From Alphaproteobacteria bacterium (GTDB lineage: Bacteria > Pseudomonadota > Alphaproteobacteria > SP197), in the NCBI GenBank assembly GCA_965228895.1, contig OZ245842.1, forward strand, positions 2,720,001 to 2,784,000: a DNA stretch of 64,000 nt, written 5' to 3'. Shown here piece after piece: positions 1 to 8,462 of the stretch. The notes under the pieces are model-generated. The model did not search any database. It saw only the letters and a program-made list of their open reading frames with translations, and had not been told where the DNA came from. The position numbers and the translations under genes were made by a program. Each line of letters opens with the position of its first letter. Position 1 is the first letter of the stretch.

Positions 1-307
1 CACCTGACGAACCGGTCGTGACAACGACGTGGTCGCTCGGAACACGGACACCGTAAGTATCGTCGTAGTGGCGTACGATGGCCTCACGCAGCGGCCCGAT
101 ACCCAAGGCGACCGTGTAGCCCAGACGTTCATCGTCGATGGCGCGCTGCGCTGCCTGCCGCACCCCGCGGGGCGCCGACGTGCCCGGCTGTCCAACCTCC
201 AGATGCAGGACGTCCCTGCCCGATGCCAGCCTTTCGGCGGCCGCGCGCATCACCTCCATGACATAGAACGGCGGCACGCTGCCACGGCTTGAGACCTTGA
301 TCGCCAT
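1..307 (-). CDS. class I/II PLP-dependent aminotransferase (aspartate aminotransferase-like), 5' part; runs off the window edge
   Basis: Not in the ORF track. Manual translation from ATG at 307 gives MAIKVSSRGSVPPFYVMEVMRAAAERLASGRDVLHLEVGQPGT...LGYTVALGIGPLREAIVRHY...VVVTTGSSG, which has the typical GQP, YT..G...LREAI and VTTGSS motifs. Confidence 0.85.
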   Translation of the reverse strand, partial: MAIKVSSRGSVPPFYVMEVMRAAAERLASGRDVLHLEVGQPGTSAPRGVRQAAQRAIDDERLGYTVALGIGPLREAIVRHYDDTYGVRVPSDHVVVTTGSSG

Positions 308-329
308 GGTCAGCCCCAGTCAGCCCCAG

Positions 330-1934
330 TCAGCCACCGACCGCAAGCCCGAACCCGCGGGGGTCGTTGACGAAGCTGCAGCTCTCGGCGCTGCTGCGCA
401 CACCGCCCGGGCAATAGATCGCGTTGACCCGACCGAGCTCTGGGAACGAGCGCAATTCGTAACCGCGGCCAATCAGGGCATCGAGAACGCTCTGCGGCAA
501 CGACTCCTCGACAATGGCAACATTGGGCAAACCGGGATCGAAGACCCTGGGCGCATCGACGGCTTCGGCCAACGACATGTCCGCCTGCATGATGCCCGCG
601 GCAACCGTCGCCATGACCGGACCCGCGACAATGCCGCCCGACGTCGCGCCGACAAAGATCACGTCTTGCGTATTCTCGTTCACCATCAGCGCCGGCATCA
701 ACGACAAACCATTGCCCCAGCCCTCGCCTGGCCTTGCCGCCAGCACGATACCGGTCCCGGGCGCGACTCGGCCGTTGCCGAACAGGCTGTTCATGGTGAA
801 GACGCAGGTTGCCGCATTGCCGAAAGCGTCGACGACGGCGACACTGGTAGACGCAGGATTTTCCTGTACCGGCGTGGGCGGCGCCGGCAAAGCGTCAAGC
901 GGCGTGGCCGCAGCAGGGTTGTAGCTCGACATCAACAGGTCAACGATCGCCGGATCAGGCGGCGCATTCGGCGCCATGGTCCGCGCGACGGCGGCGCGAA
1001 GCGAGACCGCCGCTTGCAGGTGCGCCCGGGCCGACGGATCCGACTGGGCGAAGACGTTGCCATCGTCGTACATCGACCAAACCCACAAGCTCGTCGCTCC
1101 GGCATCGAAGCCGGGACCGGGAACATTCAGCGGTGCTTCTGCGCCGAAAATGACTTGCGGCACGGCGACGCTGTAGGTCTCGCGCCACGCGGGGCGGAAG
1201 TTACGCATGTCTTCGAGAGTGATTCGGTTGCCGATCGACTGTACGGCATCGACGAACTGCGCGGCGCCCAGACTGGTGTAAAAATCGCCGGCGCCACGCG
1301 TGCGAATATAGGTGAGCATGGCGCTCAGATCGAGTTGGATCAGCTCGTCGCCTTCGCGCAGCGGCGTACCGTCAGGTCGGGCAAAAATGCTACGCGCGGC
1401 CGGGTCCTCGATCAGGGCATCGCCGACCAAGGACAGATCGCGCGCCAGGGCCCGCGAGACCGGATGGCCGAACCGCGCCATGCGCTCGGCCGGCGTGATC
1501 AGGTCGGTCCACGGCAGGACACCCATTTCCGCGTGTAGCGCGGCCATACCGCGCACGGCGCCGGGGATGACGGTGGGCCGGAACTCGCCTTCCGGCGACG
1601 CGGCGGGCATGGCGTCGCGGAAGTCGATCAATCTTGCCTGATTTTCGCCTTGTGTGTAGCCGATACACGCACCACCTGCGGCCAGAGACGAGGCGGCGGG
1701 ATAGGTCACGGCGCTGGCGAAGAAATAGGCGACCGCAGCATCCGCGGCGCTGCCGCCAGCCGCCAAGGTCGAGCGGGCGACAAGAACGGCGCGCGGTTCA
1801 TCACCGGCGACGCCGCCGAAGAAACCCTCGACGATGGGCGTGCCCTCGGTAACGTCATCGTCAAAGCCGTCTAAGGAGTCGCAACCGATGACCGTTGCCG
1901 AGACCAGCAAAACCGCCGCACAATGGCGGACCAT
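330..1934 (-). CDS. gamma-glutamyltransferase family protein, probable lipoprotein
   Basis: GGSAADAAVA, PGAVRG, LPW..LI.PA..A..G and STSVAVVDAFGNA..T.N..FG.G motifs. Start placed at ATG 1934, giving the signal peptide MVRHCAAVLLVSATVIG-C (lipobox-like). Confidence 0.8.
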   Translation of the reverse strand: MVRHCAAVLLVSATVIGCDSLDGFDDDVTEGTPIVEGFFGGVAGDEPRAVLVARSTLAAGGSAADAAVAYFFASAVTYPAASSLAAGGACIGYTQGENQARLIDFRDAMPAASPEGEFRPTVIPGAVRGMAALHAEMGVLPWTDLITPAERMARFGHPVSRALARDLSLVGDALIEDPAARSIFARPDGTPLREGDELIQLDLSAMLTYIRTRGAGDFYTSLGAAQFVDAVQSIGNRITLEDMRNFRPAWRETYSVAVPQVIFGAEAPLNVPGPGFDAGATSLWVWSMYDDGNVFAQSDPSARAHLQAAVSLRAAVARTMAPNAPPDPAIVDLLMSSYNPAAATPLDALPAPPTPVQENPASTSVAVVDAFGNAATCVFTMNSLFGNGRVAPGTGIVLAARPGEGWGNGLSLMPALMVNENTQDVIFVGATSGGIVAGPVMATVAAGIMQADMSLAEAVDAPRVFDPGLPNVAIVEESLPQSVLDALIGRGYELRSFPELGRVNAIYCPGGVRSSAESCSFVNDPRGFGLAVGG

Positions 1935-3315
1935 GCGTGGGATTGTCACAGCATCTGCGAGAGCGTTCCGCATTGTTCTCCTTGCGGTTTTTTCTACCAA
2001 TTTGGTTGTAAGTGCTCTGCCGTGGAGTCCTGCTTACGCCCAGTCCAGGCAGATCTCGATCCTGCGTGATGCAGAAATCGAAGATACCATTCGGGTTTAC
2101 TCTACGCCACTGTTCCAGGCCGCCGGTCTCGATCCCGCCTCAATCAACATCCATCTGGTCAACGACCGGTCGCTGAACGCCTTTGTTTCCAACGGGCGGA
2201 ACATGTTCATCTTCAGCGGTCTATTGATGAGCACCAATGATCCAAATCAAATCATTGGCGTCATCGCCCATGAGACCGGCCACATTGCCGGCGGTCATTT
2301 GGTCAGCGTGCGTGGCGAGATAGAGAAGGCGTCGGCGGCGGCCATTCTGTCGACCATACTGGGCATCGCGGTCGCGGCGGCCACAGGCGAAGGCGCGGCG
2401 GCGGCAGCCGGGTCGACGATCGGCGCGGGCATCGCCCAACGCGAGTTCTTCCGTTACACCCGAACCCAGGAATCGGCGGCCGATCAGGCCGCCCTCTCCT
2501 ATCTCGATGCAACCGGTCAGTCATCCGAAGGGCTCTACGACCTGCTCAAGACCTTCGAGAACCAGGAACTGCTCTCGGCGACCAATCAGGATCCCTATAT
2601 GCGGACCCACCCGCTGACCAGCGATCGCCTGCATGCTGTACGGCACCATCTGGAGGTGTCGCCCTACGCACAAACACCGTCCGGGCCCGACCTGGTGATG
2701 CGCCAAGATCGCATGGTCGCCAAGCTGGTCGGTTTCCTGGAAAGCCTGAGGGTAACCTTGCAGCGCTACCCCGAGAGCGATCAGAGTGTGCCCGCCCGCT
2801 ACGCCCGCTCCATCGGCTATTACCAAGACCGCCAGATGGACAAAGCCGTGCCGTTGATCGACGGCTTGATCGCCGAGGAGCCCGACAACCCCTACTTTCA
2901 CGAACTGAAGGGCCAAATGCTGTTCGAGACCGGGTCCGGTGAGCTGGCGATCGAGAGTTACGCACAATCGGTCGAATTGGCGCCTGACCAGCCCTTGTTG
3001 CAGGTCGGCTATGCCCGGGCCCTGATCGAAAGCGATCAGGAAGCTAATCTGGAGCTTGCCGCCAGCGCGCTGGAGCAGGCGCTGCGCTACGAGGAACGAA
3101 ACGCCAATGCCTGGCGCCTTCTTGGCATCGCTTACGGCCGGCTCGGCCTGGAAGCGCGCTCGGCGATGGCATCTGCAGAATCCGCCTACCTGACGGGCGA
3201 TCACGAACGATCGCAGTTCCTGGCCCAACGCGCGCTGCAGGGCCTTGAGTACGGCACACCGGACTGGCAGCGGGCCAACGACATCCTGAACGCCATCAGC
3301 CCCAGCGACGGTTAG
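1933..3315 (+). CDS. bepA: M48 family metalloprotease with TPR repeats (BepA/YfgC-like)
   Basis: LNAF, HETGH zinc motif, E..AD, THP, C-terminal TPR-like helices; signal peptide ending AYA-Q. Start is uncertain (ATG 1933). Confidence 0.85.
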   Translation: MRGIVTASARAFRIVLLAVFSTNLVVSALPWSPAYAQSRQISILRDAEIEDTIRVYSTPLFQAAGLDPASINIHLVNDRSLNAFVSNGRNMFIFSGLLMSTNDPNQIIGVIAHETGHIAGGHLVSVRGEIEKASAAAILSTILGIAVAAATGEGAAAAAGSTIGAGIAQREFFRYTRTQESAADQAALSYLDATGQSSEGLYDLLKTFENQELLSATNQDPYMRTHPLTSDRLHAVRHHLEVSPYAQTPSGPDLVMRQDRMVAKLVGFLESLRVTLQRYPESDQSVPARYARSIGYYQDRQMDKAVPLIDGLIAEEPDNPYFHELKGQMLFETGSGELAIESYAQSVELAPDQPLLQVGYARALIESDQEANLELAASALEQALRYEERNANAWRLLGIAYGRLGLEARSAMASAESAYLTGDHERSQFLAQRALQGLEYGTPDWQRANDILNAISPSDG

Positions 3316-3377
3316 AGCAAATCCCGCTCTGGAATTCTATCCACCGTTTCACCGGAGGCATGGCCGGCGAGCGCCAA

Positions 3378-3405
3378 TTGCGCGGCTCCTGCCCCATGCT
3401 ATAAA
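3378..3405 (+). promoter_or_regulatory. possible sigma70 promoter for aroQ-accBC
   Basis: TTGCGC-N16-TATAAA upstream of aroQ. Confidence 0.4.
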
Positions 3406-3464
3406 CCTCGCCACCACGGCGTCCGACCGGATGCCGGCCGACCGCGACTGGAACGGAACGGACC

Positions 3465-3914
3465 ATGGCCTCCACGGTGCTCATCCTGAATGGCCCGAAC
3501 CTTAACCTGCTAGGCGACCGCGAGCCCGAAATCTACGGCTACGAGACCTTGGCCGATATTGAAGCGACGGCGCGTGAGCATGGCAAACACGCCGGGCTCA
3601 AGGTCGATTTTCGCCAGTCCAACCACGAAGGCCAGCTTATCGACTGGCTGCATGAGGTGCGTGGCAAGGCGATTGGCGTGATCGTCAACGCAGGCGGGCT
3701 GACCCATACATCGGTTGCCTTGCTCGATGCCTTGAACGCGATGGACATGCCGATCATCGAGGTCCACTTGTCGAACATCCATCGCCGTGACTCGTTCCGC
3801 CGCCATTCCTACGTCGCCCAGGCCGCGACCGGTTCGATTTGCGGTTTCGGGTCCCACGGTTATGTTCTCGCGCTTGACGCCATGGCGCGTTTGATCGAAC
3901 GGAAGGGTGCATGA
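3465..3914 (+). CDS. aroQ: type II 3-dehydroquinate dehydratase
   Basis: [29 protein letters not shown] motifs. Confidence 0.97.
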   Translation: MASTVLILNGPNLNLLGDREPEIYGYETLADIEATAREHGKHAGLKVDFRQSNHEGQLIDWLHEVRGKAIGVIVNAGGLTHTSVALLDALNAMDMPIIEVHLSNIHRRDSFRRHSYVAQAATGSICGFGSHGYVLALDAMARLIERKGA

Positions 3915-4360
3915 GCAGCAATTTCAAAGTCGATGCCGAGGCCATTCGCGAACTGGCGCATCTGCTCGACGAAACCGGGTTGAACGAAATTGAGATCGAG
4001 GACACCGGACGCCGGCTGAGAGTCGCCCGTGGTCTCACCAGCGTGCCGGCTGCCGCCGCGCCGGCGCCGGTACCGGTCGCGCAGACGTCGGAGGCCAGCG
4101 CGCCGGCACCATCCGACATCGCCGAAGCCGGTGCCGTCGCTTCGCCCATGGTCGGCACCGCCTACCTAGCGCCGGAACCTGGCGCGGCACCTTTCGTCAA
4201 GGTCGGCGACAGTGTCGCGGAAGGCGACACGCTGCTGATCATCGAGGCCATGAAGGTGATGAACCCGATCCGCGCGCCGCACGGCGGCACGGTCGACCGG
4301 GTGCTGATCGAGAATGGCAGCCCGGTCGAATACGGCCAATCTCTGATCATTCTCGCCTGA
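3911..4360 (+). CDS. accB: acetyl-CoA carboxylase biotin carboxyl carrier protein
   Basis: [15 protein letters not shown] biotinylation motif, Ala/Pro linker. Confidence 0.97.
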   Translation: MSSNFKVDAEAIRELAHLLDETGLNEIEIEDTGRRLRVARGLTSVPAAAAPAPVPVAQTSEASAPAPSDIAEAGAVASPMVGTAYLAPEPGAAPFVKVGDSVAEGDTLLIIEAMKVMNPIRAPHGGTVDRVLIENGSPVEYGQSLIILA

Positions 4361-4365
4361 CGGCG

Positions 4366-5709
4366 ATGTTCGAAAAGGTCCTGATCGCCAACCGCGGAGA
4401 GATCGCGCTTCGCATTCACCGTGCGTGCCGCGAAATGGGCATCCGCACCGTCGCCGTTCATTCCGAGATCGACGCCGGGGCCATGCACGTGCGCCTGGCC
4501 GACGAAAGCGTGTGCATCGGACCGGCGGCGGCGTCGGAAAGCTATCTGAACATTCCGGCCATTGTTTCAGCCGCTGAGATCAGCGGCGCCGAGGCGATCC
4601 ATCCCGGCTACGGCTTTCTGTCGGAAAACGCCCGCTTTGCCGAAATCGTCGAGGAACACGGCATCACGTTCATCGGCCCGAACAGCGAGCATATCCGCCT
4701 GATGGGCGACAAGCTCGCCGCGCGTGAAAAGGCTGCGGAACTCGGCCTGCCGTTGGTGCCGGGCTCACCCAAGGCTGTCGAGAACCCGGGCGAAGCCTCC
4801 GAGATCGCCGATGAGATTGGCTATCCGGTCCTTCTAAAAGCGGCAGCCGGCGGTGGCGGACGCGGCATGACCCTGGTCCATGACGCCGACGATCTGGCCA
4901 GCGCCTTTTCGCGCACCCAACACGAGGCCGAGGCGGCGTTCGGCAACGGCGCGCTCTATGTCGAGAAGTATCTGGTCAAGCCGCGCCATATCGAGGTCCA
5001 GATCTGTGGCGACAGCTTCGGCAATGTCGTGCATCTGGGCGAACGGGATTGCTCGGTACAGCGGCGCCATCAAAAGGTCGTCGAAGAGGCTTTGAGCCCC
5101 GCGCTTAACGATGTCGAGCGCGCGCGGCTTGGCGACATGGCGGTCAACGCCATGAAGAAGCTGGGCTACACCAATCTGGGCACCGTCGAGTTCCTCTATA
5201 CCGGTGGTGAGTTCTACTTCATCGAGATGAACACGCGCCTGCAGGTCGAGCACCCGGTGACGGAGCTCGTTACCGGCATCGATCTGGTGCGCGAACAGAT
5301 CCGTCTGGCGACCGGCGCCCCACTCAGCTTCGGTCAGAAGGACGTGCGCTTCGAAGGCCACGCCATCGAATGCCGCATCACGGCCGAAGACCCCGAGACG
5401 TTCATGCCGGCGCCTGGCAAGGTGACCAGCTTCCACGCGCCCGGCGGCATGAGCGTGCGCGTCGATTCAGCACTCTATGCCGGTTACGCCGTACCGCCGA
5501 ACTATGACAGCCTGATCGCCAAGCTGATCGTTCATGGCCGCAACCGTATCGAATGCATGATGCGTTTAAGACGCGCGCTCGAAGAGTTTGTCATCGACGG
5601 TATCGCCACGACGATCCCCCTGCACCAGCGGCTTATGGCCAATCAGGATTTTGCCAATGGCGACTACGACGTCGCATGGCTGGAGCGCCTGCTGGCCGAC
5701 GAAGACTAG
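4366..5709 (+). CDS. accC: acetyl-CoA carboxylase biotin carboxylase subunit
   Basis: LIANRGEIA, HPGYGFLSEN, GGGGRG, ERDCSVQRRHQK, EMNTRLQVEH. Confidence 0.97.
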   Translation: MFEKVLIANRGEIALRIHRACREMGIRTVAVHSEIDAGAMHVRLADESVCIGPAAASESYLNIPAIVSAAEISGAEAIHPGYGFLSENARFAEIVEEHGITFIGPNSEHIRLMGDKLAAREKAAELGLPLVPGSPKAVENPGEASEIADEIGYPVLLKAAAGGGGRGMTLVHDADDLASAFSRTQHEAEAAFGNGALYVEKYLVKPRHIEVQICGDSFGNVVHLGERDCSVQRRHQKVVEEALSPALNDVERARLGDMAVNAMKKLGYTNLGTVEFLYTGGEFYFIEMNTRLQVEHPVTELVTGIDLVREQIRLATGAPLSFGQKDVRFEGHAIECRITAEDPETFMPAPGKVTSFHAPGGMSVRVDSALYAGYAVPPNYDSLIAKLIVHGRNRIECMMRLRRALEEFVIDGIATTIPLHQRLMANQDFANGDYDVAWLERLLADED

Positions 5710-5817
5710 GCCGGCGACAAACCGGGACCCGCCTGCGCGCGACGGCAAGAACCGGATCGCGTCTTGATTTCGCCGCTTCGCGATGCCATCAAATTAGATC
5801 ATGACTCAGGAGGCCAC

Positions 5818-6474
5818 GTGACGGGACTGACGCCGGGCCTGTTGTTGCGCGCCTATGCCGCCGGTGTGTTTCCGATGGCCGAACACCAGGACGACTCCGA
5901 GTTGTTCTGGGTCGACCCCGAACGGCGCGGTGTTATCCCTCTCGACAGCTTCCATGTGCCGCGAAAGCTGAAACGCACGCTCAAGCGCCATGTCTTTGAG
6001 ATCCGCGTTGATACCGTGTTCGACAACGTTGTCGAAGCATGTGCCGAACCGTCGCCAGGGCGCGAGACGACCTGGATCAACCACGCGATTCGCCAAGCCT
6101 ATGGCATGCTGCATCAACTGGGGCACGCTCACAGTGTCGAGGCGTGGCGCGACGGCGATCTTGTCGGTGGCCTCTATGGCGTCAGTCTGGCCGGTGCGTT
6201 CTTTGGCGAGAGCATGTTTTCGCGCACCACAGACGCCAGCAAAGTCGCCTTGGTCCACCTGGTCGAACGCCTGAGAGCCGGCGGCTTCCAGCTCTTGGAT
6301 GCCCAGTTCATGACCGACCATCTGGCACGATTCGGCGCGGTCGAAGTGTCGCGCGCGGCCTATCACCGGCTGCTTAAGGAAGCGATGAAGGTCGAGGCCG
6401 ACTTCTATTCGCTGGATTCGGCCTCAGGATCGGTCCCGGATTCACCTTCCGCGTCTTCCGACACCTCGTCGTAG
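5818..6474 (+). CDS. aat: leucyl/phenylalanyl-tRNA--protein transferase
   Basis: [41 protein letters not shown]; GTG 5818 follows an AGGAGG RBS. Confidence 0.95.
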   Translation: MTGLTPGLLLRAYAAGVFPMAEHQDDSELFWVDPERRGVIPLDSFHVPRKLKRTLKRHVFEIRVDTVFDNVVEACAEPSPGRETTWINHAIRQAYGMLHQLGHAHSVEAWRDGDLVGGLYGVSLAGAFFGESMFSRTTDASKVALVHLVERLRAGGFQLLDAQFMTDHLARFGAVEVSRAAYHRLLKEAMKVEADFYSLDSASGSVPDSPSASSDTSS

Positions 6475-6848
6475 GCGGTCAGCGAACAATCCATCACCCA
6501 GATATCGTAAACCGGGTGCTCCAACGCCGAGACACCCGGGCTCGAGGCGAACATCCAACCGTTGAAAATGCGCCGCCGCTCCTCGTCTTTCATCTCGTCG
6601 ATCTCCAGAAAGGCCGTGCTTTCCGGCGTCTCTTCGGGCGGCGTCTTCTGGCAGCTGCGCGGCGTCACCTCCAGCGTGCCGAAATGGGCGACGCTGCCGA
6701 CGGGTACGGTAAACGACGTGAAACGCGCGGTGACCTTGTCCATGCCGCCCAGCACGACATAGGGATAGGACTCATAGGTCTGCGCGACAGCGCTATGCAC
6801 CGCCATCCAACAAAATCCAACCAGGCAGAAAGAAAGAACGGCCTTCAC
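6405..6848 (-). CDS. DUF2155 domain exported protein
   Basis: L.G.DKVTAR, FGTLEV, C...[35 protein letters not shown]; signal peptide from GTG 6848; usual neighbour of aat and mlaD. Confidence 0.88.
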   Translation of the reverse strand: MKAVLSFCLVGFCWMAVHSAVAQTYESYPYVVLGGMDKVTARFTSFTVPVGSVAHFGTLEVTPRSCQKTPPEETPESTAFLEIDEMKDEERRRIFNGWMFASSPGVSALEHPVYDIWVMDCSLTAYDEVSEDAEGESGTDPEAESSE

Positions 6849-7069
6849 GCGAAGGGTTTCTCCAGCGACGCGACGAGATCGGCCAGGACTTGTCGAACCT
6901 GCTTTTCGTCGCATCCCATGACGACCGCGTCTTCAAGCGCCTCTTGGGCCATCTCGTGAAGCTCTTCCAGGTTTTCGTTCAACAAGGCGAGCTTGTCGAC
7001 ACACGACACCGGCTCACCGTCCGGACCGATCCAAGTTTTTGGCAGGTATTTGTGATCGTTTGTGGGCAT
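6845..7069 (-). CDS. small hypothetical protein (74 aa, helical/acidic)
   Basis: W.GPDG.PVSC..K..LLNENLEEL...QEALEDAVVMGCDE; its stop overlaps the GTG of the DUF2155 gene (GTGA), implying translational coupling. Confidence 0.7.
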   Translation of the reverse strand: MPTNDHKYLPKTWIGPDGEPVSCVDKLALLNENLEELHEMAQEALEDAVVMGCDEKQVRQVLADLVASLEKPFA

Positions 7070-7159
7070 GGTGCTGTCAGCGCTGGGCCGTTTCGATGGC
7101 TGTCGTCCGAATCGAGGTGGCGGACACAGACGCGGATATCGGAGCGACCGGCGTCGCCA

Positions 7160-7624
7160 TCAACCCCCAGTGTCGCCCGACTGGCTGACACCACCAAACA
7201 GCGCGCGGGAAATCAGATCCATGATGTCGACGGCGCCTTGGGTGATCGTGATCTCCCCACCATCGGCCAGGTCGACGTCGGAAAAGCCCGGCTGCAGCGA
7301 GATATAGCTGCCGCCCAATAGACCGTCGGCGGAAATGCTGGCGGACGTGTCGTCAGGCAGTTGGACGTCGTCATCGATGCTCATCGACACGATCGCCTGG
7401 AAGTATTGGGGATCCAGATGCATTTCCTGCACCGAACCGATCTTGATGCCGCTCAGGCGCACATCGGCGCCCGGTTTGAGCGATCCGACCGAAGCAAAGG
7501 CGCCGGTCACCGTGTAGCCGTTGACCCGGGCCACGTCGGACTTGTTGTAGGCGAAGATGAAAAAGCCAATGGCGACGACAACCACCACCGCCCCGACCAG
7601 TGTCTCTATCGCTTTGCCGCCCAT
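7160..7624 (-). CDS. mlaD: outer membrane lipid asymmetry maintenance protein MlaD (MCE domain)
   Basis: ET.VGA.V N-terminal TM segment, L..GADVR.SGIKIG.V, LP.DTSASI...GLLG..YI.L.PG. Confidence 0.92.
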   Translation of the reverse strand: MGGKAIETLVGAVVVVVAIGFFIFAYNKSDVARVNGYTVTGAFASVGSLKPGADVRLSGIKIGSVQEMHLDPQYFQAIVSMSIDDDVQLPDDTSASISADGLLGGSYISLQPGFSDVDLADGGEITITQGAVDIMDLISRALFGGVSQSGDTGG

Positions 7625-7644
7625 AACGCCTTCTCTACCCCCGC

Positions 7645-8004
7645 CTATTCCGGTCGCCAAGCTTCATAGTCGCCGGTTGCGGCCGCACGATGGCCGCCCT
7701 TCAGGATGTGGCCCGGCGGCAGATAGCGCTCCTTGGTCCCGGTCAGATTGGGCAAGTGCTCTTTCTCCCAGGGCTTTTCGGGAAGCGGTGCCTCGCTGGG
7801 CGGTTCCGTCGTGGTGCGATGAAGCCAGGCATGCCAATCCGGCGGCACTTTCGATGCCTCCGGTTTGCCCTTGTAGAGCACCCAGCGCCGGCGCCAGCGG
7901 CCCTCTTTCACGCCCCGTTCCTGATAGTACCGGTTGCCGAACTCGTCGCTGCCGACCAGTTCGCCCTTCATCCAGGTATAGAGTCGTGTCCCGATTGTCG
8001 CCAT
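7645..8004 (-). CDS. NADH:ubiquinone oxidoreductase subunit NDUFA12
   Basis: GELVG.DEFGNRYY, RRWVLY, EASKVPPDWHAWLH, WEKEH.PNLTGT, DYEAW.P. Confidence 0.95.
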   Translation of the reverse strand: MATIGTRLYTWMKGELVGSDEFGNRYYQERGVKEGRWRRRWVLYKGKPEASKVPPDWHAWLHRTTTEPPSEAPLPEKPWEKEHLPNLTGTKERYLPPGHILKGGHRAAATGDYEAWRPE

Positions 8005-8204
8005 ACACCTCTCCAGATCCTGCGACGCCCCACCAAGGGCGGCGCATATTGATCACGTCCGCCACGCGCCGTAAACCCTATCCGGAGTCGAGTCGCGCCA
8101 GTTTGTCGCAACACGGCGATTTCGCGGCTCCCCAGCGACCGGGTAAGGCATTAGATGAAGTATTTTTCGTAACGACTTGCCGGTTCTCGATAACTCGCCC
8201 CCGC

Positions 8205-8375
8205 GTACTATATGTGGTGTACGGCCGATTCTGGACCACATATTTTTGTCACAATCCACCAAATATAGTAGCTCGTCGGAACCTGCCCACAAAATCCGCT
8301 TGACACCACAGGCCTCCAGACTCACCATCACCGCCCGTTGAGGGTTAGGGGATCACCACCTACAAGATGTTGGGT
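8205..8375. promoter_or_regulatory. NrdR boxes and sigma70 promoter of nrdJ
   Basis: Matches to the NrdR consensus acaCwAtATaTwGtgt: gtaCtAtATgTgGtgt (8205-8220), weaker CcAcATaTtt (8236-8245), CcAaATaTaG (8259-8268), CaAgATgTtG (8363-8372). TTGACA at 8300-8305 with CACCAT 17 bp downstream. Confidence 0.75.
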
Positions 8376-8462
8376 GGTCAAGGGTGCCGGGGCATACGCT
8401 CCCAAAACCTGTAGACGGGACTCGATTTCAGTCTACGAACGGCCTTGGAGGTGGGGGCAAGT

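Noticed and set aside
8005-8462. Cobalamin riboswitch upstream of nrdJ
   Set aside because: No recognisable B12-box; NrdR boxes and promoters explain the region
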